Made by a program: the position numbers and the translations under genes. A DNA stretch of 61,229 nt, the filler included. It is 7 parts of 7 records of this genome, joined end to end, with 100 filler letters (N's around TTAATTAATTAA, not from the genome) between each part and the next. Parts side by side here need not be neighbours in the genome. Positions count along the whole stretch, not along the records: positions 6,454 to 12,140 come from SRR2962707_2097; positions 12,241 to 18,238 come from SRR2962707_2098; positions 18,339 to 27,857 come from SRR2962707_2099; 4 more parts are not named here. The stretch is one strand, 5' to 3'. This document shows, piece by piece, positions 11,346 to 24,600 of the stretch. Each line of letters begins with the position of its first letter. Within the stretch, counting starts at the first letter, position 1. A model generated the notes under the pieces. That model saw only the letters and a program-made list of their open reading frames with translations, was not told the origin of the DNA and made no database searches.

Positions 11346-11615
11346 TGCTGAACAACAATCACAACCACGACGAATTCAGACACAACAAAGACAGAATCAA
11401 GCGTGCTGTTTGGGCGCAGGGCTGTCACGAATTACATTCCGAGTCAATTCCATAAAACCATGCCGCGGATTTGTGACAACGACTTGGATCTCGTGACATA
11501 AGCAAAGTGCGAAATAAATTGCAACAAAAAAACTCAAAAGAGACAACGAAAGCGCACCCCGGACCTACCTTCCACCGCGTTTCGGTCGTACGCTTCAACG
11601 AGTTCTGACCCAATG

Positions 11616-11681
11616 CATCTCTCTCTCCGTCTCCCGAGACTCTCTCGCGACTTTCTCAAGACTCTCTCTCTCTCTCTCTCT
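11616..11681. repeat. (CT)n microsatellite
   Basis: Direct reading. Confidence 0.85.
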
Positions 11682-11808
11682 GATACTTATTCAACCAAAC
11701 ACCCCTCGCCGAAACTCAAAGGTTGCTGCTAGAAGGTGGTGTCCAGCTGCTCCGGCACTTTTTGGCTGTTCGCGCCTCACGCTGCGCAATCGTCAAGAGG
11801 AAGCGAGG

Positions 11809-11852
11809 CAACAACAACGACTACCACGACTACAACAACAACAACAACAACT
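11809..11852. repeat. (ACA/ACG/ACT)n trinucleotide microsatellite
   Basis: Direct reading. Confidence 0.85.
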
Positions 11853-12002
11853 AAGAAGTCAGAACAAGCTAGTCCAGCCCGCCCAGACTTTCTTTCAAGC
11901 CAGCGCGAAGGAAGGCGCAAAAAAGACAAACAGACACAGGAAGAAAAGCAAGCAGAAAAGCAACAAAAGGCTTGCTTATTCCGAACAACAAGAGCGGACA
12001 GG

Positions 12003-12140
12003 CACTCACGCACACTCGCGAAGACTCACGAAGGTTGGTTTTTGACGAAGACTCACGGCGGTGGACGACGACTCACGAAGAATTTCGAAGTCTCACGAAG
12101 TCTCACGAAGACTCACGCACTCACTCACTCACGCACTCAC
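12003..12140. repeat. Degenerate (A/T)CTCACGAAG decamer repeats grading into (CACT)n
   Basis: actcacgaag and tctcacgaag copies followed by cactcactcac at the contig end. Confidence 0.8.
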
Positions 12141-12240
12141 NNNNNNNNNNNNNNNNNNNNNNNNNNNNNNNNNNNNNNNNNNNNTTAATTAATTAANNNN
12201 NNNNNNNNNNNNNNNNNNNNNNNNNNNNNNNNNNNNNNNN
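12141..12240. other. Artificial contig spacer
   Basis: N44-TTAATTAATTAA-N44. Confidence 0.98.
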
Positions 12241-12270
12241 TGCCTTGCCTTGCCTTGCCTTGCCTTGCCT
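12241..12270. repeat. (TGCCT)6 pentanucleotide repeat at contig start
   Basis: Direct reading. Confidence 0.9.
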
Positions 12271-12642
12271 ATGCTGCATCTGCTCGATAGTTTCGGGTGT
12301 TGCGTCCCAATTTGATGAACTGCAATTGCTTTTGAACCAGAACAATCAAGTTGAAGTCGAACCCCAGAAGGCGCAAGAACTGCATGAACGGCTTTTTAAT
12401 TTTTTTTTCCAAAATGCATCAGCAATGTAAGCGAGTTTCCATGTTGGCAGCCTGCAGAAATGCACGTGGTCATACAATCTGCAACAGCATCTCAGCGTTT
12501 AATTTAAATAAGAAAACAACATTGGATACACCACCTCAAAAGTTACAAACAAACAAAAAACGCCAGCAATCTGGGTCAAGAGCACTCGCACGCCACTACA
12601 GCGTGCATTAACAGTGCAAGAGGCCATCCATGGTGCTTTCCT

Positions 12643-15600
12643 TCAATAAGAATCGTCGCTGCTGTTGTCCTCAACGCCGCTTCCAAAATCATCGTCTGAT
12701 GTTGGCGAGGCAGGTTTCTTTGAATGTCTGTCTCTTGCAGCGTCGTAACCTTGGAAAACCAAACGAACTGAAGAGTGGCGATCAAGGTGCCGCCTCGCAA
12801 CTCCAGTAATTTGAGCACACTCCGTGAGATCGATGAGTCCACTCCGAAACAACTCATTGTCAGCAGCTGCAATCGAGACACCACCAGCGAGACTGAACAA
12901 TGGCCGCAACACAACGCGTGCCTTCAGATGTGTCAAATGCAACTCCAAACGTACCCAGCTCATGAAATTCGATCACATCATCGTCGTTGATGTCAAGGCA
13001 CCGTAAACGGAGCTCTGTGAGTCCGCGGCAGCTATGCATTGTCCCCAAACAACCGATGTCGAAAAACCACTTCAGAATTCGAAACCCCACTTCAGAATTC
13101 GAAAATTCAGTTCAGGAAGAACGCAACAAACAAGCGTCCATGCACGCACCGGTGCAAACCGGTAAACGCTGAGCGAGCCTTTGTGGACGTTAGGTCCAGT
13201 GTCTAATGTATAGAGTGCGTCAAGGTCATGGCAGACGTGTGCGGTATCCAGCCCGCGAAATACAGGACGACAAATGGTTCAAACTAACCTGCAAATAGCG
13301 ACACTTTTCCGCAATAACTGCCACGCTCACGTCGGTGATGCGCCAGCAGCAGCTTACATTTATCTGCACGAGGCGGTTGGCATGTGCATGCGCTTCATTA
13401 TTACGGACACTGACCGTGCGACGAGTTCACAGCAATAAACTTGAATCCTACGTCAATTCGGAGACAGAAATACAGACCTCACGTAGGTACGGGCACTTGT
13501 GAACTAATGATGAAAGTCCGTCGTCCGTGATCTGATCGCACGATTCCAAACGCAAAATCTCCAACGCCGAGCAAGCTTCAGCCGCCAAATGAAGACCTAG
13601 CAAGGACAGGCACAGATCTTTCAACGAGGCACCGGCCGGCGAAACAACCACCAGCAGAGGTCGAAGCCACAGTTCTTGACAAACCTGCATCAGACACGTG
13701 CTGGCAGAATGAAAAGTCGAGCTTGCGCAACCAGCGACACTGCGGCTGATCATCGTGATCGTCCTCGTCTGTGTCGCTTCCATCGCTTGCAGCTCCACCA
13801 TTTGGCGAACCGCCCGATCCATGCTTGCTCGCAAGGGCTGCCGCATCTGGTGACTGCAGTACCACTGGCGGCTCAATGTTGTTGACGAAGTCTTCGAAAT
13901 CGCGCACCGGTTTTTTTGTCTTACTGTCCTTACATTGCGAGGTCTCACTCGCGCTACGCGGGCGTTGGCTGCGGCGCAAAAGCTGCCAAATGGCACTGTC
14001 TGCTTCGGAACGTCCAGACGCTAATAGTTCTGCCATATACTCAGGAAGCCGGCCCGCCAAGACTGCCAACACGGCGTCAGTGATTTTGGGGCAGCGGGTC
14101 ACACTAAGCTCCTGTACAGACAGTCCCATACTTTACAAACTGCACAGCACAAGACCGACGACTAGTCCTGACGCCAGCAGCCAAGAAATGCATGTACTAA
14201 CCACCAAGTTTGGAGACCGCTGAATTACCACAGCAACGGCCGTATCATTGAGCTGCAGCAAGCGGTCAAAGTGAATGCGGACCTGCCGTTGGCCAACAAA
14301 GTGTGAAGGACAAGCAGCAAACCAATTCTGGCGGTTGAAACTTGGGCAGGCGGAACCGACAAACGAACCAATTGACCACAGTACTTGGGAAGCGAGGTTT
14401 TGAGTGCAGCCCCGCCAACGAGACGATTGCAGTTCGAGACCTTTAAAGACCGTAAGAACTTACACCCTCGAAGGAGACGTGCGGCACCACGTGAGTTCAA
14501 ATGCCTACAATCCAACAGTGCCAAGTGCCGCACACATTGAATACCTGCTAAAGCTGAGCCGATCGCAGCACATGCATCGTCGCCAAGCCCGTGGCATTTC
14601 CGAAACGTTAGCGACCGAACAGTTCCACGTCCTGCAGCAGCAGAGTACTGTTTTCCGTGGCGCAACAAATCTCCATTCATTTGCAAGGCACTTGCAAGGG
14701 CCTTTGCTCGGACTTTGGTCACGTCAACATGATCGATGTGAATCGCCTGAGTGAGACCTCCCTGAATGTCGCTGAGGTCAGCCTCAAGTTGGTCTCCCCG
14801 GGTCTCGCTTGTACTGACGGTTTCAGAATCCGTTTCTAAGCGAACAAAAGGGTTATGTGGCTTTCGTGACTGCCGGAACAACGCTAGCCGAGACACAGTG
14901 CGATGGACAGATTCAAAACTGTGGCCATTGCACAGGCCGTCGTAAAATCGTGGCGGTGAGTTTTTCTGCGCAACATCGCCACCAACTGGTCGTGCTGGCT
15001 TTTGAACAGCAGCCCCAACTCCGCCATTGTCATCAAACAAACTGTCCTCATCGTCGTCATCGTCATCATCATCACTATCATCACCAACATTATCATCGTC
15101 GTTATCATCGTCATCATCTCCATTATTGACACGCGCACGGCGACTGTGATGAGGGTCAAATATGGGGGGATCACGGGAGTCGGTGGTTGGCGTCGATGTC
15201 GGTGAAGGTGGGCGTGCATCGTCGACGCGCACAAACTCGCGAGCAGCACAAAGCTCCATCGCACTGCTTATTTGCGACGACAGTGGCTCGTCTAGCAAGA
15301 GCCACGAGCCGACTGAACTCAAGTGGCCATTGGACTTGAGAAGGCCTTCGGCCATACGGTGAAAAACCTCCAGTTCAAGCACCAGTTTTACTGGCTGTGC
15401 GCAATATAACTCCATAAGTTTTTCCAAATGATCTTCGGTATGTCCTGCTCAGAACACCAGAAGTGGTGAAACGCAAAGCAACCGTATTTGCAGGTATTTG
15501 TGCAAGCCCCCGCTGCACCGGCAAACTCACCAGCCGTTGCACCAGACGTTTTCCAAAAGCGTCCAATGCTAAGCCGCAGTGCATCGCTAGGCGCAAAGCA

Positions 15601-18177
15601 AAACTGAACCTCAACGCAGCGATAGCCAGATGACGATCCAGTGGAGTCAAAATCACTGTTGTTTCGCATATCGGTGCCACACGCTTCGGCCTGGGGGCGA
15701 ACAAACACAGCGAACTGAATGTTGCACAAATTATTGAGTCAGCCACTAACAGTGCTATCGTTTGACTTGGAAGCTTACTGGATCCAGCGTTGCTCGCATA
15801 GTGTGAACGACCACATCATGGTCGTGCAACAGTAGGTCCAGTGTTCGACGCAAGGCAAAGACTGAGCGAGCGCGAATTTTAGCAACCGCGGGGACCAAAT
15901 CAATAGTTGAGTCGCCCAGGTCACTTGCGTCATTATCGTCCAGACCATCAACTCCACTTTAGCCCCAGAGCAAAGCAGCACGAACTTCACGAAGTCAGTC
16001 GTCAAAACTAGTTTTGTGTTGCCGAAAGAAATGGTTCAAATGCTCACTAAATGGGACTCTGTCAATATCGCGAACCTGTACTCGCAGTTTCCTGCCTCCA
16101 ATGCACGCAGGACAGTCTCGTTGAAAGCATTGTCGTTGGGTGCCCCAGCAGGTGGTATTTCCACATCACCGGGCTTTGAAGCTTTTTTCCCTGCTCCCCG
16201 CAGCGGTCGTTCCGGCACAGGTTCGACGGGGATGCACAAAGGGTCGAGATCAATGGTGTCCAAACCACCTCCTTCACGACACCACTCACGAACTTTGTCT
16301 GCCAAAAAAGATTGAGAATGTCGGAAGAACTTGGCAAATCCTTCTCGTTGAAGCAACACCTATGCCAAAACGCATGTAAAAACCGACTCTCGAGCAAAAT
16401 TTCAAAATCAATCAGTAGCGCGAAATCAATCACCTGGATGCGCTGTGACCACGTCAACGTGCCCACGCCGCGGAACGTGGGAGAACCCGGGCCATCAGGA
16501 TTGCCAATCCCACCAAATGGTGGCGGTGAACGCCACGCAGAAAACGATTGATCATTCGCCAACGTGATTGCTCGTGCGAGCTGGCCGAGTGCGCTGCAGC
16601 ATGCGAATACGTGAGATTGCTGGAGCAAGCCTGAATAAGCAAGCTCCAGTGCGGTCCGCAAAGATAGAAACTCGCTCACTAGCGGGCTGGCAATGAGGCA
16701 GGAACGCACACCAACTCAGACAGACTTCAATCACATGTGCGGATAATTTGTCGACAACAATGCTTAAGTGTAATGTTCCCGCAGACGCACCAGTGAACCT
16801 GTTTGTGCAAAAATAGCTGCAGGTCTGGTGTTAACAGGCGAACTGTTGGGTGCAGAAGCTGGATGTTGAATCGATCCCTTGTGGCGTCAGCCATCAATAG
16901 CCGTACAATGCGCGCAGTCACGGGATGAGCAGCGAACCGCCTAATATGCACCACATCACCCAACACAATACATGCACAATGCTTGAACTGAAAACCAGAA
17001 CAACATGGTGCTGCATGCTGCACTGCAGCACTCGGGGCGCTAGCCCATGTACAAGAACCCACCCGCATTTCAAGGGCCAGCGAGTGTAGCTATGCCGGTC
17101 AAGCTTCAAGGATGCTGCTGATACAACTTTAGTAGACGACGTGCGGAGTGCAATTGTTCCGAGTGGAGGGCGTGTGCCTCCGACTGCGGATGCGCCACCT
17201 GCCATACTGCCCGGCGGGCTCCGGATGGGATTTCGTTTCAATGCACCAGCACTTGCAGCAGCCGTTGAAGATGCGGAGTGAGTGCGATGCCCCGCAGCCA
17301 GCAGCTGCAGAAAGTCACGATGCAAAAGCACTCCCACTTGTTGTTGGAAAGGCAAGTGGGCAGCGTGTATGCCACTGCCCCACCCCGGCCCAATACTCTC
17401 GGCGCCTGCGTTGCCGTTGAGCCTACTGGAAGCATTGGCAGCACGCGCAGAGGAGGAAGCTGGAGCTTTGCCTCTTGACTTTGCAGCAGCCATTCCAAGT
17501 CTTCGAGCCAAAGTCCGTTCCGTTTGCCGCCTCACGAGGCTTTTTCGCGCCACGCTCTCGCCTCTCGGGAACGTACCAGCCCGGCGCTGCCGCAGCTCGT
17601 GAAGCAGCACTTCCATCTTCGGTCGAGCGGCTCGGTTGATGGCAATGTTCATGGTGAACAGCACCGCTCTCAAGCGCCGCACCTCGCCAATCAGCGTCCG
17701 GTTGTGCGCTCGAAGCACGGTGTTTTCCGCCTTTTCGTCGCGAAACAGCTGCCGCGGCACCTTCACGACCCCAGGGGAAGCCGCCGGCTGCTGCCGCACT
17801 TTCGCTTCGCCACTGCGCGCTCGAGTGCTGGCTCCGCGCCGCTGTGGGTGACGCCGACTCGCTGCGGAACGAAACGGCGGCGGGTTTGCTCGATTCGCCT
17901 CCACCACAGGGATCTCCCCTCCAGCCAGCACCAAGTTCTTCAAGTCTTCGCACTCGACCCACCCGAGCCCACCGCTGCTCTCTGCGTCCAGGCTCTGGAG
18001 AGCCGTCAGCAGGCGCTGGAGGCAGGCGTCTTCCTCCGCGTTGAACGCCTCAGACTCCGCTTGCGCCCGTCGCTTTTTTTTCTGCAGCTTTCGATACGCG
18101 ATTGACCCTCGGGGTGGCCGCGACTTCGTGGGCGCGTTCAGCTCCGCGAGCGCGGCTGCGGAGGCCTGGTTGCCCAT
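12643..18177 (-). CDS. Large multi-exon protein with C-terminal cysteine-containing leucine-rich repeats (FBXL/AMN1-type LRR) and N-terminal MGNQAS
   Basis: In-frame introns checked at 16941-17062, 16687-16790 and 16360-16433. LRRs include LTFRKCHGLGD, LALLDCRHLNS, LKVSNCNRL, LSVTRCPKITD, LDFSFCQHVSD, LRLESCDQITD and LIDLTECAQITG. The other splice junctions are not fully resolved, so this could be two genes. Confidence 0.65.
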
Positions 18178-18238
18178 TGGCGTCAAGCGGAGCGACGACC
18201 AATGTAGCGGAGTGATGTCGATGGGCTGCGAACTGCGC

Positions 18239-18338
18239 NNNNNNNNNNNNNNNNNNNNNNNNNNNNNNNNNNNNNNNNNNNNTTAATTAATTAANNNNNN
18301 NNNNNNNNNNNNNNNNNNNNNNNNNNNNNNNNNNNNNN
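18239..18338. other. Artificial contig spacer
   Basis: N44-TTAATTAATTAA-N44. Confidence 0.98.
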
Positions 18339-18371
18339 CTCACTCACTCACTTACTCACTCACTCACGAAG
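18339..18371. repeat. (CACT)n tetranucleotide repeat ending in ACTCACGAAG
   Basis: Direct reading at contig start. Confidence 0.85.
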
Positions 18372-18666
18372 CGCTCGCAGTCAGCTGGTTGCGACCTCGC
18401 GAACTCAGTCTGGGTGAACGTGCTCGCTTTGCTCTTTGTCCCCGCAGCCTTCTCTTGCGAACTCGTGAACTCAGCCCCGGTCGTCTCCTCGCGTCCGGAC
18501 TTCCGCGTTTGTCTGGCGTTCCCCCGTTTTTCCGCGTTTGTCCTGCGGTGTTGCTTTTTTGTTGTTGTTTCCCTCCTTTGTGTGAGTGAGGGGCTTCGCT
18601 GGTCTCTGGAAAACTCTATGTTGCAATTTTCGTGAGTATGAGACGAATGTGACGAATGTGCCAGCA

Positions 18667-21600
18667 ATGAAAAGGCGACGTTATTTAATTCGTGCTGGCT
18701 TGGTCGCAGTGATTGTCCTCGTATGTGCAGTCGCTGCCGCTGCCGTTATTGCCAAAAGTTCGGATACACCCGCCACAGTGTCGGAGCTCACGTGCCCATT
18801 AGGTGACGAATCTTGTGCCTGTGTCGTTGATGCTTCCTGCGAAGATGATGTTGAAGCCCGCGGCGTTGAAGATCCGGTGTCGCCAAATCCAATCGCTGCG
18901 ATTCACGACGCAGCTGCGGCCTTCACGAGCGTCCTCCGAGCCTCTGCTCAAGCGGTGTCATTCTCTGTGGAGCTTCGGCTTCGCCACGTTGTTGGTGTAT
19001 TGCTTATCAGCTGCTGCTTCCCGATAGCTTTCCTGGTGGTGCGGTTTGTGAAGGCCAGGAATAAAATTGAACTCGAGCTTGGCCCCACGAGTCGTGCGGT
19101 TTCGGCAACTCCAGATGCAATGGCTCACGCACAGGCTGTCACTCAGCTCAGCGGTAACGATGCAGCACGCCCACAGATTGCCCAAGCCGCTGAAAACGGG
19201 GCTGCGACCGAGTCTTTGTCTCCACGTTTCTGGTTTTTACAACCTTTGACCGTCTACATCACTGGGGGTGGCTGGCCTTCTGGTTGGATGTTCTTGGTCC
19301 CAAAACCGACAGCTGCAGACTTAGAAGCCTACCAGCCATCCCACCCGTTTGTGTTCGGGTCCTCTGCCATGGATCTGGATCGGTTCAAACTACTTTTCTG
19401 CACACAAGCGTTTTTTGGACACTCCCACCGCAAAAACCACAGCACCATTCATATCCCGCAGCAGAACCTTCTTCGAACACTGCAGAGAGCTTTCGCCCCT
19501 GCATTCGATGTCATTGCTCAGGATTGCGGGGATACCAGCCTTCCCCTTTTTGGCGCTTTGGCCAAAGCTTCCAATGGCATTGGGCCCAACGAGGCGGCCA
19601 AAATGCAGGCGACGCGCACAGGTGATCCTAATTCCCCGATCTTCTCTCCTGTGCAAGTGCAGCTCTTGCTCTCGCGTGCATACGAGCTGTGGTACATACC
19701 TTGCGCCAAGCCAGAGCATCTGGCCAGAATTCTCTCTGGATGCTCTACGCCGGCCAAGTTGACGGCGCGAAGATACGCTTCTCCTGCGTTTCGATTTGCG
19801 CTGCCTCTCATGTCGTTCCAGCAGAAGCATTTGCGTCTTGGAACACTAGCACTCCCTATCGAAAACGAAGGGACCGTCGTCAGTAGTGAGAGCAAGAGCC
19901 ACAACCATGGCAATGCCGGCAGCTTGACCATCGCCGCTGATCTTCAATTATTGGAATCACGCTTGGCGAGTACTTTTTTCCCAGCGCACCGCAACGCGTC
20001 TTGGCCTGGCAGTGCAGTAAGAAGAGCTGTGGACGCCTGTGTCAACGATGCGAACAGTGTTTGGCCAGGGCAGGAAGTTGGGGTTGTTATTGAAGGGCCA
20101 ACCGGACGTATTCCTAGTGGCAGCGTTGGGGACATGCCGCCTGGAGGGACAGTGCTAGACGCGGCAGCCACTGAAAGTCGCAATGCGCGGGAAAAAAATA
20201 GACTTCACGAAGAACACTCCGTGGCGCACCATAAGGCGGTCAACCGTCAAGAACATCCACGCACAAACACGTTGGAGCAGCAGCAACAGCAGCAGAAGCA
20301 CCGTGAATCCCAGCCACCGGCTGATCCTCACATCCCGGAGCATGATTTCGTTGTGATGCTCCCTGTCAATGAGGCGCGACGTGCTATGCGCGACCGGCGA
20401 CGTCTCGCAGCCCTGGCTGCTGCCTGTCGACCGCGAAAGCAGCGAATGTTTGCCCGTCGCCATCGGTCACCTTTTCCCTGCACCTCTATCTCGGATGCCG
20501 AGAATGTGCAGGGAAGATTCAGTTCACGAGCTACGTTGTCCGATTTGCCAAACAAACTAGAGCACGGTCAAACTGTGGTTGCAGGGGCGACCGCTGATGA
20601 CTCAGGTACTTTCGTTTCAGCGTCGGGAGAAGCCACGCATTTGCGTTTTCCGGAGCACCCCACCACAATATGCAGCAGCCTGGTATTCGACCCGGTGCCC
20701 CCCCTTTTGACCAGCAATCTGGGTCCTGACAAATCGGGCAAAATGGCATCGGCAACAATCAGCCAAGCATCCAAAGACAGTCGCGCGTCACCTGGAAATA
20801 CAATCACCGCTGTCAATCCAACTCGATATGTTTTGCTGTACTTTATGTACAGCGAAGATGGCACATCATTGCTGAGTGTAAACTCTGGTCCGAGCAACAG
20901 CGACACACTCCTTCACGCGAAGGACGGCACTTCGACGGTTACTGCCGCTGTGTACTTTCCAAAGCCAATTGCCCTTGTCCCTACAGAAGTCATGATTGAC
21001 AATGTTGTTGATTCTAATGAATTGGAGACATTCACCAGCTCCGAAGACATGATTACCCCACGCAACATCAGTGCTGAACGTCTGCATGAACCAAATGCTG
21101 TTGATTCCGAGCATCAAACTCTGCGCGTGGGAGCGCAGCTTCGCTCTCTGTGGTTGAGGCCGCCACAGAAAGCAACCACGGTGTTTTCAAACGTGTGGGT
21201 TGCACTTCTACGTCTTGATGCAACGACCAGCAGTGCCAGTAGTTCGAACACTGCGGTGGGTGAGTTGGCGAGTTTGCACCACGAAGTTGTTGAGGCAATG
21301 CCGCTCAATGCGTGCAGATACGTTGACGAGTACATTGGGTATCATGCCTTTCAAGGTCCAGTTCACTCGGGGGTACACTGTCTTGCAATGCTGTCGAGCG
21401 CCGCTGCATCCTCCAGAGGTCTCTTTCGATTTTTGGGTGGCCGGGGAAACGGTGCAAAAGTCCAAAGCTGGACCAAAGGTCAAGCGCATGATGTTCTTTG
21501 GATAGGCCCACGATTCGTTGCCGAACCGGCAGAAATAACCCTTGTAGGACCGCAGGTGTTGAGCACAGCCCCTCCTGTGTGTTCGACGCCAGTAAAGTCA

Positions 21601-24600
21601 CCAGCTGCGTCCACTACCAAGCAAGAGACCCCAGCGTGCAGCACAACTGCATCGATGGACGTTCGATCAGCAGGGCGCTTAAAACAGACCTCATCGCCAC
21701 CTGGGTCGCACAACACAAGTGCGCCGATGCAGCCTCAAGCATCTTTTATTGACAGCCTCAAGCATGTGCCCCTCACACGGTTTGGTTTCCGCCAGCAAGT
21801 GGCTTTTCGAGTGCAGGTTTGGAATGCTGTTTCAACTGTGCAAAGTTCACTGGAAGTAGTATGATGGCAATTGATTTGGCTTCTTGTTATTTGTGTGTTT
21901 CGTTTCTCTGCTCAGATGGCTGCCTCTGCCAATGTTCAATACCAAGTTTCGCTCTATCGACTGTGCGGCGAAATTGTCACCGGGCTCGTTGATGTGACAA
22001 GAAATGGTATCGAGGCGGTGGCACGTGGGCCGGGTGTCACCGATGAGTCCATTGAAAATCATTGTATCCCCGAGGTCTATACTGGTTGTTTGCATGATCT
22101 GCAAGCCCCAGGCGCAGCTGGCAGCGATGTAGGTGGACACACGGCGAGTTTTTCGTCACTTGTGTACCATGAAGAGCACCTGTCACTCGAAGACGTCGGG
22201 CATTCAAGGTCGCTTGCTGCCTCAGCAAAACAGACTTCCTCCAGCAACAGCAATGCGGGATGTTTTTTGTGCCATACACTGGATTGTGACTTTGACTTTC
22301 AAGGCCCAACGAAAGTGCCACCCGTTCCGTTGGATGCCACCAAACAAGAGGCTTCAGCTGAGAATGTACCATGCCTTGCCGAGGTAAAGCCGCGGCATGA
22401 GTACATCTCAAACGTCAACTACACTGAAGGCACTCGCTTGTATTCTGGAAACTTGTTCGATGACGCCCATTGGCATTCGTCAACATCAACCGTGAGCTTT
22501 GAAATCAGTTTTGAACCGCCACTTCCAGGGATCTACTTCGCTGCCCTGCATCGGAAAAGCGCGAGACCGGCTCAACAACACAAGCCAAAATCACCGGATT
22601 CGGCTTCTGATGCACGTTTTTTGTTGATGAGGGACGTGCAGTGTGAGTCTAAGTCACACTTCTTTCGAGTTGATACTCCTTGTCTACAAACAAATGCCAT
22701 CTCGTGCCAGTTGACTGACACCACAGACACTCGATATACCAGCTCGACGGGTTCAGGAGGGTGCACTTGTTGCGTTCGGGAACCTGATGGTTTCAAACTC
22801 TGCGGTGATGTGATCAGGGCCACGATCGCGGCCTCTAGTAATTGGTTGGTTGGTCAAGCAGATTCTGTGTCGCTGCAACGTTTCGATTGGCGCAGCGCTG
22901 GGACCGCGATTGACAAACGATGCAAACACACTGCTGATGTGCGAGGCGAAATGCCATCAGCTGACTGTTCCAAACGACTCACTGCGAAGGTATTGGCGTT
23001 TGCAAGCGCAGCAGCACGCGGCGTTCCGTTGCCAGTTGTCGTTGAAGCCCATGCTTGGCATAAGCAGCATGGCCCATTGGCCAACACGCATATTGGTGCA
23101 TCCATGATTCCCCCAGACTGGCTCGAAAAAAGTACAACTGACCCGTCCAAGAAGCTGTGGCACATTGGGTTTGAAGACGAACATGTTCGCTGTGACGGGC
23201 CAGCCAGCAACGATAGTGGCGAGAAGAGTAGTTCTTGTGATGCACGTGGCCACCAAACCTGCACGGTTGCTATCCGCGCGGGATCAAAAACACAAAAGTT
23301 ACCCGCCAAGCCTGGATACTACGCGTTATTGTACCGTGGAATCGGCGCATTGTCGGGCGAAGGGCACTCAAGTCCCGAGTCGGCAATCACGATGACAACG
23401 TTTCATGTTGGGTTGTGTGACCCGCGCTTTGCAGCGAAACCTGTGGCATTTCAATTATGTTCATCACAAGCACCCGACAATGACCCTGTTGTTGCACAGA
23501 ACGCTAAGTTTCAAGATTTTTTCACAGATGCACTTCGGCAGAGCAGGACTCTCCGGAATGCTGAGGGCGCATCAAACTGCGTACCAGGTCAAGGCAATGT
23601 TTGGTCGACAGTGGCACATCAACCGTTATTGACCAGCAAAAGGTGTAAAAGCTGTGGCTGCTTGAACATTGAATTTGATGGTTCAGCAACCCCACAACAA
23701 CCAGGGCTCTATCGTATTGCGTTGTGTACCAACCGTGTCCCGCTGTCCATATCCGATACATTTTTTGTCGGGTGTGTTTGTGGAGTTGTGTTTTTTTTCA
23801 AGAACGTTGCGCTTTGCTTTTGTGCGACTGCTGATACAAATCTGCATTGTTCTTTTTGCATGCTGGAAATAGGGCACCCTTCATTCACCCGCCTTCCTCA
23901 CAGGGTAGTGACATCGACTCCAGTCGAAACGATAATGCACTTGAAAGTTGCCTGTGGTGGAATGCAGACCTGGTAGCCAAAGTGGAAGCAGGTGCACATC
24001 TCGATCGACGAGGCACCCTTGAGCTTTTGGAGATTGACACCAGGGAAATGCCGTCACTTGATGAAGAAACTGCTGCCGACAGTGAGGGTGCAAAATTGCT
24101 TCCCAAGCCTCAAAACGCTGATTCCAGTATCACCGATGTTCAAGGTGACCCTCGTTCCGATAACAACACGCAAGTGGCACAGCAAGATCTGAACCCCGCA
24201 CTTTTGCATCAGGGAAATTTGCTGTTGCCACCCGTGTGTGGCTGTCGTGTGCAGCTGGTGGCACACAATGTATCAGCGCATCGGCTTATACTGTGCGTCG
24301 CCACGTCACCACGGTGCGACGCAACGGATTTCGTGGCAGCGTACCGCATTCGGGCAATTCGTTCCCGTGATACCCACGAACTCCCTCCTCGGTTGCATCC
24401 TAGCAATGCCGATTTTGTCAAAGGCAGCGAGTGTGCGGTTGGTGAAGCTGAAATGCTGGCCGACGATACAATGGACCCGCACGAACAATCGCGCGACGCG
24501 GTTGCATTGGTGGACTCCAAAACTTCAAGTACCACTGAGGTCCCCGCTGAGGCACCACTCAGTGATGACCAAGTGGGCACGTGCAAGGTTGTTGGCGCTG

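Noticed and set aside
12003-12140. Possible CRISPR array or telomere
   Set aside because: Units are about 10 bp, degenerate and lack unique spacers; they do not form a regular telomeric repeat.
11736-12196. ORFs with poly-Thr or poly-Val
   Set aside because: Translations of the ACA microsatellite and CACT repeats in an intergenic region.
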